From Clostridia bacterium (lineage in GTDB: Bacteria > Bacillota > Clostridia > Oscillospirales > CAG-272): DNA of 64,000 bases. The stretch lies in assembly GCA_028720145.1 (NCBI GenBank), contig JAQYLJ010000067.1, positions 91,890-155,889 of the forward strand, written 5' to 3'. The translations under genes were made by a program, and so were the position numbers. Under the pieces are notes generated by a model, which made no database searches, was not told the DNA's origin, and saw only the letters and a program-made list of their open reading frames with translations. Every line of letters begins with the position of its first letter. Positions within the stretch are counted from its first letter, which is position 1. Shown in pieces: positions 47,514 through 57,332 of this stretch.

Positions 47514-48506
47514 TTACTTTAACAGTTTGACACGCGGGTCAACCAGCATATAGGCGATATCCGTCAGGAATGTACCGATCACGGTCAGAATCGCCAAAAA
47601 CATATTGTAACCCATAATGAACGGAATGTCACCGGCGGAAAGCGCTTGGTACGCCTTTTGCCCGATCCCTTGCAGAGAGAAGATTTCCTCTGTGATCATT
47701 GCACCGGAGAACAGGCTCGGCAGGGTACCTGCCATCATGGTGACGAGCGGAATCATCGTGTTGCGGAATACATGCTTGTATACGACAGTGTTCTCCGAAA
47801 GACCTTTCGCTCTTGCGGTGCGGATATAGTCGGCATTCAGCACTTCGAGGGTGTTGGTACGCGTGTAGCGCATGAGTCCCCCGATGGAGAGGATGACGAG
47901 TGTCAGCATGGGCAGAATACAGTGCCGCACCTTGTCCATGAAGGCGGCGAACCCCGTATAGTCGGCGGTCGCATCCACCAGACCCTGCATCGGCAGCCAT
48001 CCGAGGTCCACACCGAATACCTTGATCAGAAGTGAGCCCAAAAAGAACGATGGCAAAGATATACCGATCATCGACAGCACCGTGACGAGGTAGTCGGACC
48101 ACCCGTACTGGTGCGTGGCGGAATAGATGCCGAGAGGAATGGCAATGATGAACTCGAGAACCAGAGCAACTGCGGAAATCGCGAACGAGATCCACATATA
48201 TGTAGTGATCACGGTGGACACCTTGTCATTGAATTTGAAGGAGATGCCCAAGTCACCTTTTAGGGCACTGGTGAGCCACCCCCAATAGCCTTTCAAAATC
48301 CCCGTAAAGGAATTGTCGTAAAGACCATAGAGTTTCAGCATGGCGTCAATGTCTTCCTGACTGACGGTTCCCTGATCGATCTGGGAACGGAACTTCTGCG
48401 TGACGAAATCGGTGGGGAGAAGGCGCACAAGGAAATAAATAATCAGCGAAACGCAGAAGAGAATCAGTATGGAATACAGTAGGCGTTTGATGATGTATTT
48501 TGTCAT
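47514..48506 (-). CDS. oppB: Oligopeptide ABC transporter permease
   Basis: MTKYIIKRLLYSILILF... is the typical OppB/DppB N-terminus, with the EAA-like loop YIRTARAKGLSENTVVYKHVFRN. ATG at 48506. Confidence 0.9.
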   Translation of the reverse strand: MTKYIIKRLLYSILILFCVSLIIYFLVRLLPTDFVTQKFRSQIDQGTVSQEDIDAMLKLYGLYDNSFTGILKGYWGWLTSALKGDLGISFKFNDKVSTVITTYMWISFAISAVALVLEFIIAIPLGIYSATHQYGWSDYLVTVLSMIGISLPSFFLGSLLIKVFGVDLGWLPMQGLVDATADYTGFAAFMDKVRHCILPMLTLVILSIGGLMRYTRTNTLEVLNADYIRTARAKGLSENTVVYKHVFRNTMIPLVTMMAGTLPSLFSGAMITEEIFSLQGIGQKAYQALSAGDIPFIMGYNMFLAILTVIGTFLTDIAYMLVDPRVKLLK

Positions 48507-48583
48507 ACTAGCCGGACCTTTCTGATATGGGTAGATGGAAAATGCCGAGAAAAACCATGGGATTACAAAGCACAAAGCGCATT

Positions 48584-48614
48584 GGCACGCGACAGAGGTT
48601 TCCCGCTGCGTGCC
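48584..48614 (-). promoter_or_regulatory. Intercistronic stem-loop between oppA and oppB
   Basis: GGCACGC (48584-48590) pairs with GCGTGCC (48608-48614) in the 166-nt oppA-oppB gap, with no clear T-tract. The position is typical of mRNA-stabilising or attenuating hairpins after SBP genes. Confidence 0.3.
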
Positions 48615-48672
48615 GTTGCGCCCTGTACAAAGGAGTCAAAAAACCGGGTAAAAATGTGCCGAAAAGTATGGA

Positions 48673-51219
48673 TCAGCCTTGGATGAAACTGATTTCCCAA
48701 ATCCGGGAGAAGGGAGATTGGTAAGCGGTCGCTTCGCAAACCGTGCTGGAATCAATGACATCCTTGTTCCAAATAAAGAGATTCTTTCTCTGATAGGTGG
48801 CACATTCGACCGCGAGCTCCATGACAATGTCGAGTGCATCGGAGTAGATCGATTTCCGTTCGTTCTCGTCGATGGTCGCACGACCGTCTTCAATCAACTC
48901 GGCGAGCGTGTCGAGCAGTTCGTTTTCTTCAGCCGTACCTTCTTCCATAATGTAGGGGAAGCCCCAGTTTTTGATCGCAGTGGCGGAGGAATCCTTGTGG
49001 TAGACCTGATACATATCGGGGTCGATGGTCGACGACCATGCGGCAGCCCATACGGCGAGCGTGCCGGCGGAGAGTTTGGAGAGGGCGTTGGCATCCTTGG
49101 TGACCGTGATATCGAAGCCGATGCTGTTCAGCAGGTCAGCCGCCTTTGCCATGGTTCTCCATGCCGGGTGATCCGTCGAGTCGCCCGCGATGGTGAAGGT
49201 GAAAGTGAGTTTATCGCCATTCGCATTTTCCAATTTGCCGGTTTCGGGGTTGATGGAGTATCCCTCGGCGTTGACCTCTTCCAGTGCGGACTGTTTTGCT
49301 TTTTCCTCGTTGAAACTGCCGATGCTGACAATGTTGCCCGATGCATCATAGTTGCAGTCGTAGGATTTCTCGGCATAGTAGGGCAGACAGCCGCGCGGGT
49401 ACGCCCAGTTGTTCGAGGACATGGACCGATACAGTGCGGAGGCGAGAGAGCCGTAGTAATCGACGCAGAGGCTGGTATCCAGGCAGTACATGATGGCGCG
49501 GCGCACCGCGATCTCTTTGACATACTTGGCATTGATACCGATATAACCGTAGCCGAGGTTATCTGCGAGCGCATAGTCGATGCCGGTCGCGTTGTCGATC
49601 TTCTTCATGTTGTCCGGGGTCGCCTGCGGCTCGGAATAGTAGACCTCGGGGTTCGCGCCGGTGACGGCGTTATACATTTGGTCGGTGGAAATGACTTTAT
49701 AGCGAACTTTTCTGATCTTCGCGTTCTTGGAGGTGTCGTTGCCGAAAACGGTGTAGAAGTTGTTGTTTCTTTCAAAATAGACAATGTTGTCACGGAAGAA
49801 ATCGTTCTTTTCGGGGATGGCACCCTCGGCAGCGTAGGCGGTGTTGACATCGGATGCCTTGTAGGGACCTGCACCGACGGGGACCTGTTTCAGCTGCATT
49901 TGCTCAAAGAAATCACTGTCCGCAAAAGAGACACCGAAATGGTTGTTTTCATAGGAGAACTGCGCGATTTCTTCGGGAGTGGAGTAATAACTCATAGGCG
50001 TCACGGTGAAAGAGAAGTTGTAGATTGCCTTCGGGTCAACGCCGTTGACAACAATCTTCAGGATCTCGCATTCCTCGCCGAGGTCGGTGGTCGCACCGCT
50101 GTTGTTGGCGGGGATGGTCGTGCCGCGGGTCAGTGTGATGCCGGAAATGTTGGGCACTCTGAGTGTCTCATACTGCTTGAAGTATTCGGAGATGCAGACG
50201 GACTTGAAGTATTCGCGCAGATTTGCCGCGGTCACGGTGCCGCCGCCGATGATGGACAGGAGATTGCTCTTGTAGGACGAGAGAACCGCGGTGCCCATAT
50301 AGGCGTTATACACCGTTTCGATCATGCTTTCCTTGGAGTGGTCCAGCTTCTGTGTATCGTTGTAATCCACGGTGTACTTGGTGGTGAAGTTGCCGGTTAC
50401 GGGGTCTTTTTCCTTCTCGGTCTTTACCGTAATCAGTCCTTCCATGTAGAGGAAGACCTGCCAAGTTTCGGTGAATCCGTACTTCTCGTAGGAATCTTTG
50501 GAGGAGTCTGCGGATGCCCAGTCGGAGGTCAGCTCTTCACGGAAGAGGCTGTTCGTCTTCTCGATGACCTCGTTCTGACGGGCGGTCAGTGCGCCGAGAG
50601 GCGCCTGCTCGTCTTTGCACCAAGCGATGACCTCGTTGATACGGGCGACTGCCTGTGCGGCAAAGGTCGCGTCCAACTGATCCTGCTCGTTTTCGTTGTA
50701 GGTTTGTGCGCGGTACGCTTTCAGTCCTTTGATATTGACCGAGTACAGGGTAGAAGAGCCGGTGTAGCTCGGATCCAGGAGCGTGTAGAGATTAAAGAGG
50801 ACATCTTTACCGGAGAGCGTCTCACCGTTCGAGAACTTGATGCCGTTCTTAATGGCAAAGCTGTATTCGGTATAATAGTCGTCATAGTTTTGGCTGATCT
50901 CGTATGCTTCTTTGGAGCCGTATGTAACGACGGAGTAGTTCAGAGCGACGCAGTCCTCGTCCTTGCCGCAGGACAGTTTGCCGTTCTTATCGGTGTTCAG
51001 CATCCCGATCTGGGTGAGCGAAACAACCGACCCGTCGGCACCGCTCGTGTAGAAGAACGGGTTAAACACGCCGTCGAGCGCCTCGCTCGCCAGGACGAGA
51101 GGCGTTTCTTCGTTGGAATAGCCTGCATTTTTCTTCTTCTTCTTGCAAGAGGTAACGATGGGAAGCACGGCGCATACAACCAGCACCAGGCACAGTACCT
51201 TAATCAGTGTTTTCTTCAT
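48673..51219 (-). CDS. oppA: Oversized family-5 (OppA-like) peptide-binding lipoprotein (848 aa)
   Basis: Lipobox LPIVTSC followed by KKKKK. SBP_bac_5-like stretches (e.g. VGAGPYK...NDFFRDNIVYFERNNNFY). Sits immediately upstream of oppBCDF. Confidence 0.8.
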   Translation of the reverse strand: MKKTLIKVLCLVLVVCAVLPIVTSCKKKKKNAGYSNEETPLVLASEALDGVFNPFFYTSGADGSVVSLTQIGMLNTDKNGKLSCGKDEDCVALNYSVVTYGSKEAYEISQNYDDYYTEYSFAIKNGIKFSNGETLSGKDVLFNLYTLLDPSYTGSSTLYSVNIKGLKAYRAQTYNENEQDQLDATFAAQAVARINEVIAWCKDEQAPLGALTARQNEVIEKTNSLFREELTSDWASADSSKDSYEKYGFTETWQVFLYMEGLITVKTEKEKDPVTGNFTTKYTVDYNDTQKLDHSKESMIETVYNAYMGTAVLSSYKSNLLSIIGGGTVTAANLREYFKSVCISEYFKQYETLRVPNISGITLTRGTTIPANNSGATTDLGEECEILKIVVNGVDPKAIYNFSFTVTPMSYYSTPEEIAQFSYENNHFGVSFADSDFFEQMQLKQVPVGAGPYKASDVNTAYAAEGAIPEKNDFFRDNIVYFERNNNFYTVFGNDTSKNAKIRKVRYKVISTDQMYNAVTGANPEVYYSEPQATPDNMKKIDNATGIDYALADNLGYGYIGINAKYVKEIAVRRAIMYCLDTSLCVDYYGSLASALYRSMSSNNWAYPRGCLPYYAEKSYDCNYDASGNIVSIGSFNEEKAKQSALEEVNAEGYSINPETGKLENANGDKLTFTFTIAGDSTDHPAWRTMAKAADLLNSIGFDITVTKDANALSKLSAGTLAVWAAAWSSTIDPDMYQVYHKDSSATAIKNWGFPYIMEEGTAEENELLDTLAELIEDGRATIDENERKSIYSDALDIVMELAVECATYQRKNLFIWNKDVIDSSTVCEATAYQSPFSRIWEISFIQG

Positions 51220-51261
51220 ATTATTATATCTCCTTCAGATAATAATCGGGTAGGAAAGGGT

Positions 51262-52377
51262 TTATTCGGTCTCGGTCGGAGCCGGGATTTCCGTCACGGT
51301 GACGGTTGCGGTCACCGTATCAAGAGAGATATCTGCGGGGACGTAGCCGAAGATATCACCGATCTCCAAAAGACCTTCCAGATCTTTGCCGTAGCAACAG
51401 TAGGTGAGTGCGCCGGTGATCTGAACATTGGTGAAGGTCGCGCCTGTTTCGGCAGATCCTGCAAGCATACCGATCTGACTGATCAAGTTGTTTTGCGTAT
51501 CGCTCAAATCCACTCGGACGTTGACATCGGCAAAGGTAATGTTTTCAAAAACAGCCGTGCGGAGAATCTTGCCGAACAGACCGTAATACTCCGAGTTTCT
51601 GGTCTGCGTGCGGGTCACATGGATGCCGCTGACGGTATGTCCGTTTCCGATAAAGCGCCCCGAATAGGTGTCGGGCATGCTGATATTCGTGTCGGAGAGA
51701 TCCACATCGGCGTCAATATAATAGTTTACGCCGGGGCGGATGGCATTCCCGAAATCGGATGCTTTGCGGACAATGGTGTAGTTGCCCTCGAGGTACCGTG
51801 CATAGACGGTGACAGTCGGATTCTCCGTGCTGACCGCGGGCGTATAGGGGAAGGTGACGGGGGTTGTGAATGCGGGATCCTCATAGAATCCGTAGAAGGT
51901 GTGTCCCGTCCAACTTGCCTGTCGGAAAGAGTTGAGCGGGGTATCTGCGTTGACCTCCAAAGAGTAGGACTGCTCGAACCGATCACCGTACAGGACCTTA
52001 ACGGCATAGTCCGGTTTCCATCTCGTATACAGCGTAATGTCCTCGGTGACGCGATCGGTCGAGAAATTCCAGTCGCGCTCGTTCCCGTCGGCATCCTTGA
52101 CATAGTAGCCGTCCACATGGTGACCGGCAAGGACGGGGGCGGAGGTGGTCGGCTTGGAAGTCGTTACACCGAGTTCCGGTAAAAGAGAGTTTTGAGGAAC
52201 GAGGTACAAAAGCGAACTCTTCCCATCCACCAGTCCGTCGCCGAAGTCATATACGACGCGGCAGGTAAACCCTTTCTCCGCGTACTTATCAAAGACATCG
52301 TCGTTGTTGCCGCACGCCGCGAGGCAGGGCAACAAAAGACAGAGCAAAATTGCAACAAAAGTAATCTTGACTTTCAT
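51262..52377 (-). CDS. Lipoprotein with two Listeria-Bacteroides-like repeats and a beta-rich C-terminal domain
   Basis: Lipobox LLPCLAAC. GHHVDGYYVKDADG...ITLYTRW and WTGHTFYGFYEDP...VTVYARY. The C-terminal half (YYGLFGKI..., IGMLAGSAETG) weakly resembles GLUG or beta-helix regions. Confidence 0.8.
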   Translation of the reverse strand: MKVKITFVAILLCLLLPCLAACGNNDDVFDKYAEKGFTCRVVYDFGDGLVDGKSSLLYLVPQNSLLPELGVTTSKPTTSAPVLAGHHVDGYYVKDADGNERDWNFSTDRVTEDITLYTRWKPDYAVKVLYGDRFEQSYSLEVNADTPLNSFRQASWTGHTFYGFYEDPAFTTPVTFPYTPAVSTENPTVTVYARYLEGNYTIVRKASDFGNAIRPGVNYYIDADVDLSDTNISMPDTYSGRFIGNGHTVSGIHVTRTQTRNSEYYGLFGKILRTAVFENITFADVNVRVDLSDTQNNLISQIGMLAGSAETGATFTNVQITGALTYCCYGKDLEGLLEIGDIFGYVPADISLDTVTATVTVTEIPAPTETE

Positions 52378-52435
52378 GTAACAGGGGTTCCTTCACGAAA
52401 ATATCTAAAACGCCGCAAAAGCATTTATGCTATAC

Positions 52436-52464
52436 ATAATAACATAAAATATCTAATTTGTGAA
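52436..52464 (-). promoter_or_regulatory. SigA-type promoter candidate for the lipoprotein-opp-protease block
   Basis: On the minus strand: TTCACA (52464-52459), 17-nt spacer, TATTAT (52441-52436), about 60 nt upstream of ATG 52377. Confidence 0.4.
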
Positions 52465-53006
52465 GTCTTTTCGTGACATTATTTCACTGAATTGTAAAAA
52501 AACGCAGAAGAGGGACGAACAAGAAAAAAAGCATACAAATACCTTTGAAATGAAAGCGGGAAATTGGGCAAAATGCAGATACGGTTTTTCCTCGGCTCTT
52601 GATTTTGCGTGAGGTCCGGCAAGCGTATCGAGGGGAAATGCGTCATACGCGGTTCTTTGCCGACAGCAGAGGGGGCGGCATCCTGGGACAAATCGAAAAA
52701 ACGGCGAGATGGAATACCGCCGGAAAACAGGTCGCTCGGGAAAGCCGTTCTCTCTGCCGGAAATAATGGGTTTTCACGGGGCGCCGCCTTGTAATCCGGG
52801 CTTCTCGTTGAGAAACGGTCTTGAAACACATTCCTTGTCACGGAGAAGCATTTCGGGCGAAGTAAGAAAAAACATACGCCCGCAATCGTAGACGTTTGTC
52901 GGGTCGAGGCATCGTTTCGGGAAAGGAAAAACGGAAGACGGCTATCAAAGAAGGGTAACGATCTGTTTTGCGCGTCGGAGAGACAGATTTACCGTAAAAA
53001 GACAAG

Positions 53007-53041
53007 AAAACAGGCGCAAGCGATTCGCTTGCGCCTGTTTT
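53007..53041 (-). terminator. Rho-independent terminator after the helicase-loader gene (A/T flanks on both sides)
   Basis: CAGGCGCAAGCG (53011-53022) pairs with CGCTTGCGCCTG (53026-53037), flanked by AAAA and TTTT. On the minus strand it is followed by TTTTCTTGTCTTTTT. Confidence 0.7.
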
Positions 53042-53085
53042 CCCAAAAGCGTCACCCGCAACGCGTGTTTTTCCTATCGGACGCT

Positions 53086-54048
53086 TTATTTCTCCGCGAG
53101 TTTTTGATAGCGGACATCCTGTCCCTTAAATTGGAGGACGCGGTAAAGACCGAGGAAACGGCTGGTCAGCCGCTCGTCGTAGCGGTCATTCAGTTCCCGC
53201 GGGGTGAGGTTGGTGCTGATGACGGTCGAGCGGTTCCGAATCAGGCGGGTATTGACGATCTGATAGAGACAGGTCACGGTAAACGAGTTGGTAAACTCGG
53301 TGCCGAGGTCGTCCAGAATCAACAGATCACAGTCGAGGTATTTGTCGGTGCGGGAGGAATCTCCGTTCCGAAAACGCTCGTCGGCGAAGTCGGAGAAGAC
53401 GGTCTGCGCGGTCTCATAGACCACCTCATGTCCGCCCTCAATGACCGTGCGGGCGATGGCGGTCGAGAGATGGGTCTTTCCGAGTCCCGTCCCTCCCATG
53501 AGCAGGAGATTCTCTTTCCCGGGCGTGAAGTGTTCGGCAAAGTCGCGCGCCATGGCGAGATTCTGTCGCATGATTTGATAGGTGTCGGGATCGTCCTCAT
53601 AGTATTTGAGCGAGAAGGTGTCGAAAGTCTGGGTATCCACGCCGGCACCCGCGCCGCAGGTACGGAGGTTTTCGAGTCTGATCATCTCTTTCGTGCAGGG
53701 GCACATATCGGTCATAATGAACCCGGTGTCCGAGCAAAGCGGGCAGGTATAGTGCGGGTCGGTGTAATCCGCTGGAAGACCAAGGGACGCGAGGAGCCCT
53801 TTCCGCTCGCTTTGCATCTGCTCGTTTTCCTCGCGGATGGCGGCGACCTTTTTATCGACATCGACCCCCGAGGTCGCGGCGGAGAAGATACGCATGGCGG
53901 TCTTTGCGAGCTCCGCATCGAGTGTGACCGCGCGGGGACAGCGGGCATGGAAATCCGCGCGGTGGCGGTCGGCCGTCTCCTGTGCGCTCGTCCGTCGGTC
54001 GGCGAGGATCGACATGACCTTTCGGTAGTTCTCTTGATATTGAGACAT
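53086..54048 (-). CDS. DnaC/DnaI-family replicative helicase loader (AAA+)
   Basis: Walker A LLMGGTGLGKTHL, Walker B LLILDDLGTE, and an N-terminal Cys cluster CPLCSDTGF...CPC. Confidence 0.85.
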   Translation of the reverse strand: MSQYQENYRKVMSILADRRTSAQETADRHRADFHARCPRAVTLDAELAKTAMRIFSAATSGVDVDKKVAAIREENEQMQSERKGLLASLGLPADYTDPHYTCPLCSDTGFIMTDMCPCTKEMIRLENLRTCGAGAGVDTQTFDTFSLKYYEDDPDTYQIMRQNLAMARDFAEHFTPGKENLLLMGGTGLGKTHLSTAIARTVIEGGHEVVYETAQTVFSDFADERFRNGDSSRTDKYLDCDLLILDDLGTEFTNSFTVTCLYQIVNTRLIRNRSTVISTNLTPRELNDRYDERLTSRFLGLYRVLQFKGQDVRYQKLAEK

Positions 54049-54051
54049 TTA

Positions 54052-55041
54052 TCAATCTCCTTTTTGATCGCTGTCGGTTGTCTGTTTGTCGGCGCTTCCG
54101 TACGAGCGTTTCAGTGCGCTCTCCAAGAAAAAGTCGGTGTCAAAACTGTCCGGCGCCTTGGCGGGAGCGGTCGGCTTTTTCGTGCGGGTGTGTTTCGCCG
54201 CCGCCTCGTCTGCTTTCTTCTGAATGTACTCTTCGGCGGCGGAGACAGTCCTGATGCCGAGACGGTGCCATTCCGCGAGAATCTTATCGGTGTATTTCAC
54301 CGTGACCTTATTCGCCGTGGCGACCGTGCGGTCATAGGCGAGCCCGATGATATCGAGATCGTAGCCGTAGGTCGAGAACCACCGAATCAGGCATTCCCGC
54401 TCGCCGTCGGTCAGTTCGCGCGCGCCCATACCGTAGAGACGGCGGACGGCACCCTCGTTCGAGTGTGCGAGTTCACTCGCGCGAATGTACTCGTCGAGCG
54501 CCGCGTCCGAGCGGATCCCGCGGTCAAAGAGCGAGGTCGCGGTCTTTTCGAGATACCGAATCCCGTGGCAGCGGAGCGTCCCGACACAGTGGGACAGCAG
54601 GGTGGTAATGTAGTATTCGCTCGCGCCGAGGTCGCTCACAAGCGCGACGAGGATGTTCACTTCGGCGGGATTGAGTTGCTTTTTCAGAATCAGCGCGCAG
54701 GTGTCGAGATACCCTTGCAGATTTTTCTCCCCGATGACCCGCGCGTCGTCTCCCGCGCGTCCGAGCGGCAGGTCGTCCGATGGCAAATAGGGGGATTTCT
54801 CCGGCGCGGTCTTCTCTTTGAGTACCCCCGCGTCCAGCCAATGCTCGACTGCCGCCGCGGTGCGGGTGAGGGTCAATCCCGTCTTGCGGGCGAGGGCGTC
54901 GACCGATGTCCGATAGTCCTCTTCCGCGAGTGCGAAGAGCACGCGGAGGTCGTCCGCCGACGCTTCGGCGAGCAGTTGTTTCCCTGCGAGGGGCGGGAGC
55001 CGCAGGGTCACGCCCTCTTCGATTTCATATCCTTGACTCAT
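54052..55041 (-). CDS. DnaD-domain replication initiation protein (Firmicute DnaB/DnaD family)
   Basis: Two DnaD-like repeats (YYITTLLSHCVGTLRCHGIRYLEKTATSLFDRGI; IIGLAYDRTVATANKVTVKYTDKILAEWHRLGI). It sits directly upstream of the loader gene. Confidence 0.7.
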   Translation of the reverse strand: MSQGYEIEEGVTLRLPPLAGKQLLAEASADDLRVLFALAEEDYRTSVDALARKTGLTLTRTAAAVEHWLDAGVLKEKTAPEKSPYLPSDDLPLGRAGDDARVIGEKNLQGYLDTCALILKKQLNPAEVNILVALVSDLGASEYYITTLLSHCVGTLRCHGIRYLEKTATSLFDRGIRSDAALDEYIRASELAHSNEGAVRRLYGMGARELTDGERECLIRWFSTYGYDLDIIGLAYDRTVATANKVTVKYTDKILAEWHRLGIRTVSAAEEYIQKKADEAAAKHTRTKKPTAPAKAPDSFDTDFFLESALKRSYGSADKQTTDSDQKGD

Positions 55042-55736
55042 GTTGGCGTATCCTTTGTTTTGGTGTCTTGCGTGAGGTCGTAGAGCAGATGGTAGAGTGT
55101 TTCCTCGGGGGCAAAGTCGCGGGTAAAGACCTTGTTCGAGAGGCGCGGGAGGGGGACTCCCGTGCAGTTAAAAATCCCGCGCACCCCGAGTGCAGTCAGC
55201 GCGCCGACCGTCTCACGGGCGACCTCGGGCGGGGTGCAGAGAACCGCCACTTCCGCAGGGTGTTCCCTGAGTGCCGTCTCCCGTGCGCTCCATGGGTAGG
55301 CGGGCAGGGAGGAGCCGCGTGTTTCGGGCTCCTCGCAGTGAGTGATCCAAGCCACGCAGTCGAGACCCGCCCGCGCGAGCATTCCTGTTTTGATGAGCAG
55401 GTCCGCCACGGGAGAACTCCCGATGATGACGGCGTGATACTGTTCTTCGCGCCCGAGGAGCGCGCCGATTTTGCGGTGCAGATATTTGACCTGATAGCCG
55501 TACCCCTGTTGTCCGAAGTCCCCGAAATGGCGGAAATCCTGCCGTACCTGCGAGGCGGTGAGCCCCATTTTCTCGCCGAGTTCCCCCGACGATATACGCA
55601 GGACACCGTCTTCGATGAGCGCGCAAAGCACGCGATAGTAGCGCGGGAGCCGCGCGATCGCCGCCGCCGAGGGGGGGATGTCTTTTTTTGTACCGCGGGC
55701 ATCGAAGGTGCCCTGCACTTTATCGATTCTGTCCAT
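55038..55736 (-). CDS. rex: Redox-sensing transcriptional repressor Rex
   Basis: IARLPRYYRVL...ISSGELGEKMGLTASQVRQDFRHFGDFGQQGYGY.V..L followed by a Rossmann-like AVIIG. segment. Confidence 0.9.
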   Translation of the reverse strand: MDRIDKVQGTFDARGTKKDIPPSAAAIARLPRYYRVLCALIEDGVLRISSGELGEKMGLTASQVRQDFRHFGDFGQQGYGYQVKYLHRKIGALLGREEQYHAVIIGSSPVADLLIKTGMLARAGLDCVAWITHCEEPETRGSSLPAYPWSARETALREHPAEVAVLCTPPEVARETVGALTALGVRGIFNCTGVPLPRLSNKVFTRDFAPEETLYHLLYDLTQDTKTKDTPT

Positions 55737-55752
55737 GTGTTACCGTCCGTGG

Positions 55753-56823
55753 TTATTCGTCGCTCGCCCGTGCGCCGAGGTGAGCGTCCGCCCGTGCGCC
55801 CGCGAGATACTCGTAGTACCCCGCGGCGGCGATCATCGCGCCGTTGTCTCCGCAGAGGGAGACCGGGGGGAGACAGAGAGTTGTCCCATGCTTGTCCGCG
55901 AGGGTTTTGAGCCGCGCGCGCAAGTGCGAGTTGGCGGCGACCCCGCCCGAGACCACGAGGGGATATCCCGGGTGGCGCGAGAGAGCAATGTCCAATTTCT
56001 TCGCGACGGCTTCCACCGCCTCATAGGTGTACGCGGCGGCGAATGCGGCGCGGTCGAACGCCTCGCCCGTTTGCTCGAATCTGTGGAGCAGGTTGATGGC
56101 GGCGGTTTTCAGCCCCGAGAAAGAGAAATCGAGGTTGTCTCCCATAACGGCGGGAGAGGGAAGATGATAGGCGGGGGAGCGGTACGCGGGAGATGCCCGA
56201 TAGGCGTCCCAAAAGTCGGTCTCCCGTCCGGTCGCCTTTTGGAACCCCTCGCGCGCGAGCGCGTCAAAACCCGCACCCGCGGGGTAAGGGATCCCGATCA
56301 ACCGCCCGATTTTGTCGAACGCTTCGCCGATCGCGTCGTCGCGGGTGGAGCCGATCAGCGTATAATCGGTATAGTCTTTCACCTCATAAATCGAGGTATG
56401 TCCGCCCGAGACCGCCATGGCGATGAACGGCGGGGCAGGCGGGGTTTCGGTCAGATATGCCGCGGAGATATGTCCCTTCATATGGTCGACTTCCACGAGC
56501 GGAATCTCGTTCGACACGGCGAGCGCCTTCGCAAAGTTGACCGCCACGAGCAGGGCGCCGATGAGCCCCGGGTGAGAGGTGACGGCAATACAGCCGATAT
56601 CCGAGAGGGAGACCCCTGCCGTCGAGAGGGCTTCTTCGGTGATACGGGAGATCGCCTCAATGTGCGCTCTGCCCGCGATTTCGGGCACCACCCCGCCGAA
56701 ACGGCGATGAATCTCGATCTGGCTCGCGACGATATTCGAGCGAATGACGAATCTGCCGTCCGTCACTTCCAATACCGAAGCGGCGGTCTCGTCGCAGGAA
56801 CTCTCAAAACCTAAGAGATACAT
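55753..56823 (-). CDS. tsaD: tRNA N6-adenosine threonylcarbamoyltransferase
   Basis: LGFESSCDETAASV...VPEIAGRAHIE...AVSGGHTS...SFSGLKTA...VVSGGVAANS are Kae1/TsaD hallmarks. Confidence 0.93.
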   Translation of the reverse strand: MYLLGFESSCDETAASVLEVTDGRFVIRSNIVASQIEIHRRFGGVVPEIAGRAHIEAISRITEEALSTAGVSLSDIGCIAVTSHPGLIGALLVAVNFAKALAVSNEIPLVEVDHMKGHISAAYLTETPPAPPFIAMAVSGGHTSIYEVKDYTDYTLIGSTRDDAIGEAFDKIGRLIGIPYPAGAGFDALAREGFQKATGRETDFWDAYRASPAYRSPAYHLPSPAVMGDNLDFSFSGLKTAAINLLHRFEQTGEAFDRAAFAAAYTYEAVEAVAKKLDIALSRHPGYPLVVSGGVAANSHLRARLKTLADKHGTTLCLPPVSLCGDNGAMIAAAGYYEYLAGARADAHLGARASDE

Positions 56824-57272
56824 GGCTCCTCCTCTCCCATGACTTTTTCATAGAGAACGGCGTCCTCGACGGGGGCGCGATAGTAGCGTCTCCGCACGCC
56901 GATTTCCTCATATCCGCTCGCCTCATACAGGTGGCGCGCCGCGGCGTTGGACGCGCGGACTTCGAGATAGAAACGGTCGCACCCCATGCACCCCGCCTTG
57001 ACCTCCAAAGCGCGGAGCAGAGCGGTGCCGATTCCGCGGTTTCTCGCCTCGGGCAGAACCGCTACGCGGTAGACCTCCGCCTCGGGCGCAATCGCTCTCC
57101 CCGACGCATAGCCGAGTACGCGCTCTCCGTCGGAGAACAGGCAGGTGAGGGTCAGGGGGTCGGCGAGATGGGAAGCGAGCGACTGCTCGCTCCAAAAGTC
57201 ATCCGGAAAACAGAGACACTCGACCGAGGCGAGCGCGGGCAAGTCCTCTTTCACGGCATCACGAAGCGTCAT
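56811..57272 (-). CDS. rimI: GNAT acetyltransferase, RimI-type
   Basis: AVLPEARNRGIGTALLRALE (acetyl-CoA motif A). It overlaps the tsaD start, the classic rimI-tsaD arrangement. ATG 57272 lies downstream of a consensus promoter; the track start at 57425 would include that promoter. Confidence 0.8.
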   Translation of the reverse strand: MTLRDAVKEDLPALASVECLCFPDDFWSEQSLASHLADPLTLTCLFSDGERVLGYASGRAIAPEAEVYRVAVLPEARNRGIGTALLRALEVKAGCMGCDRFYLEVRASNAAARHLYEASGYEEIGVRRRYYRAPVEDAVLYEKVMGEEEPCIS

Positions 57273-57332
57273 AAGTGCATCCTTTCCCGCTCTGCGGAAT
57301 CTGTCGGAATCGCGCAAGCGGATTGTCTTTTC

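Noticed and set aside
48679-52182. 1167-aa plus-strand ORF spanning oppA, the intergenic gap and the upstream lipoprotein gene
   Set aside because: It crosses two well-supported minus-strand genes and their intergenic region. Its composition is Gly/Val/Arg/Asp-rich and repetitive, and it has no start context.
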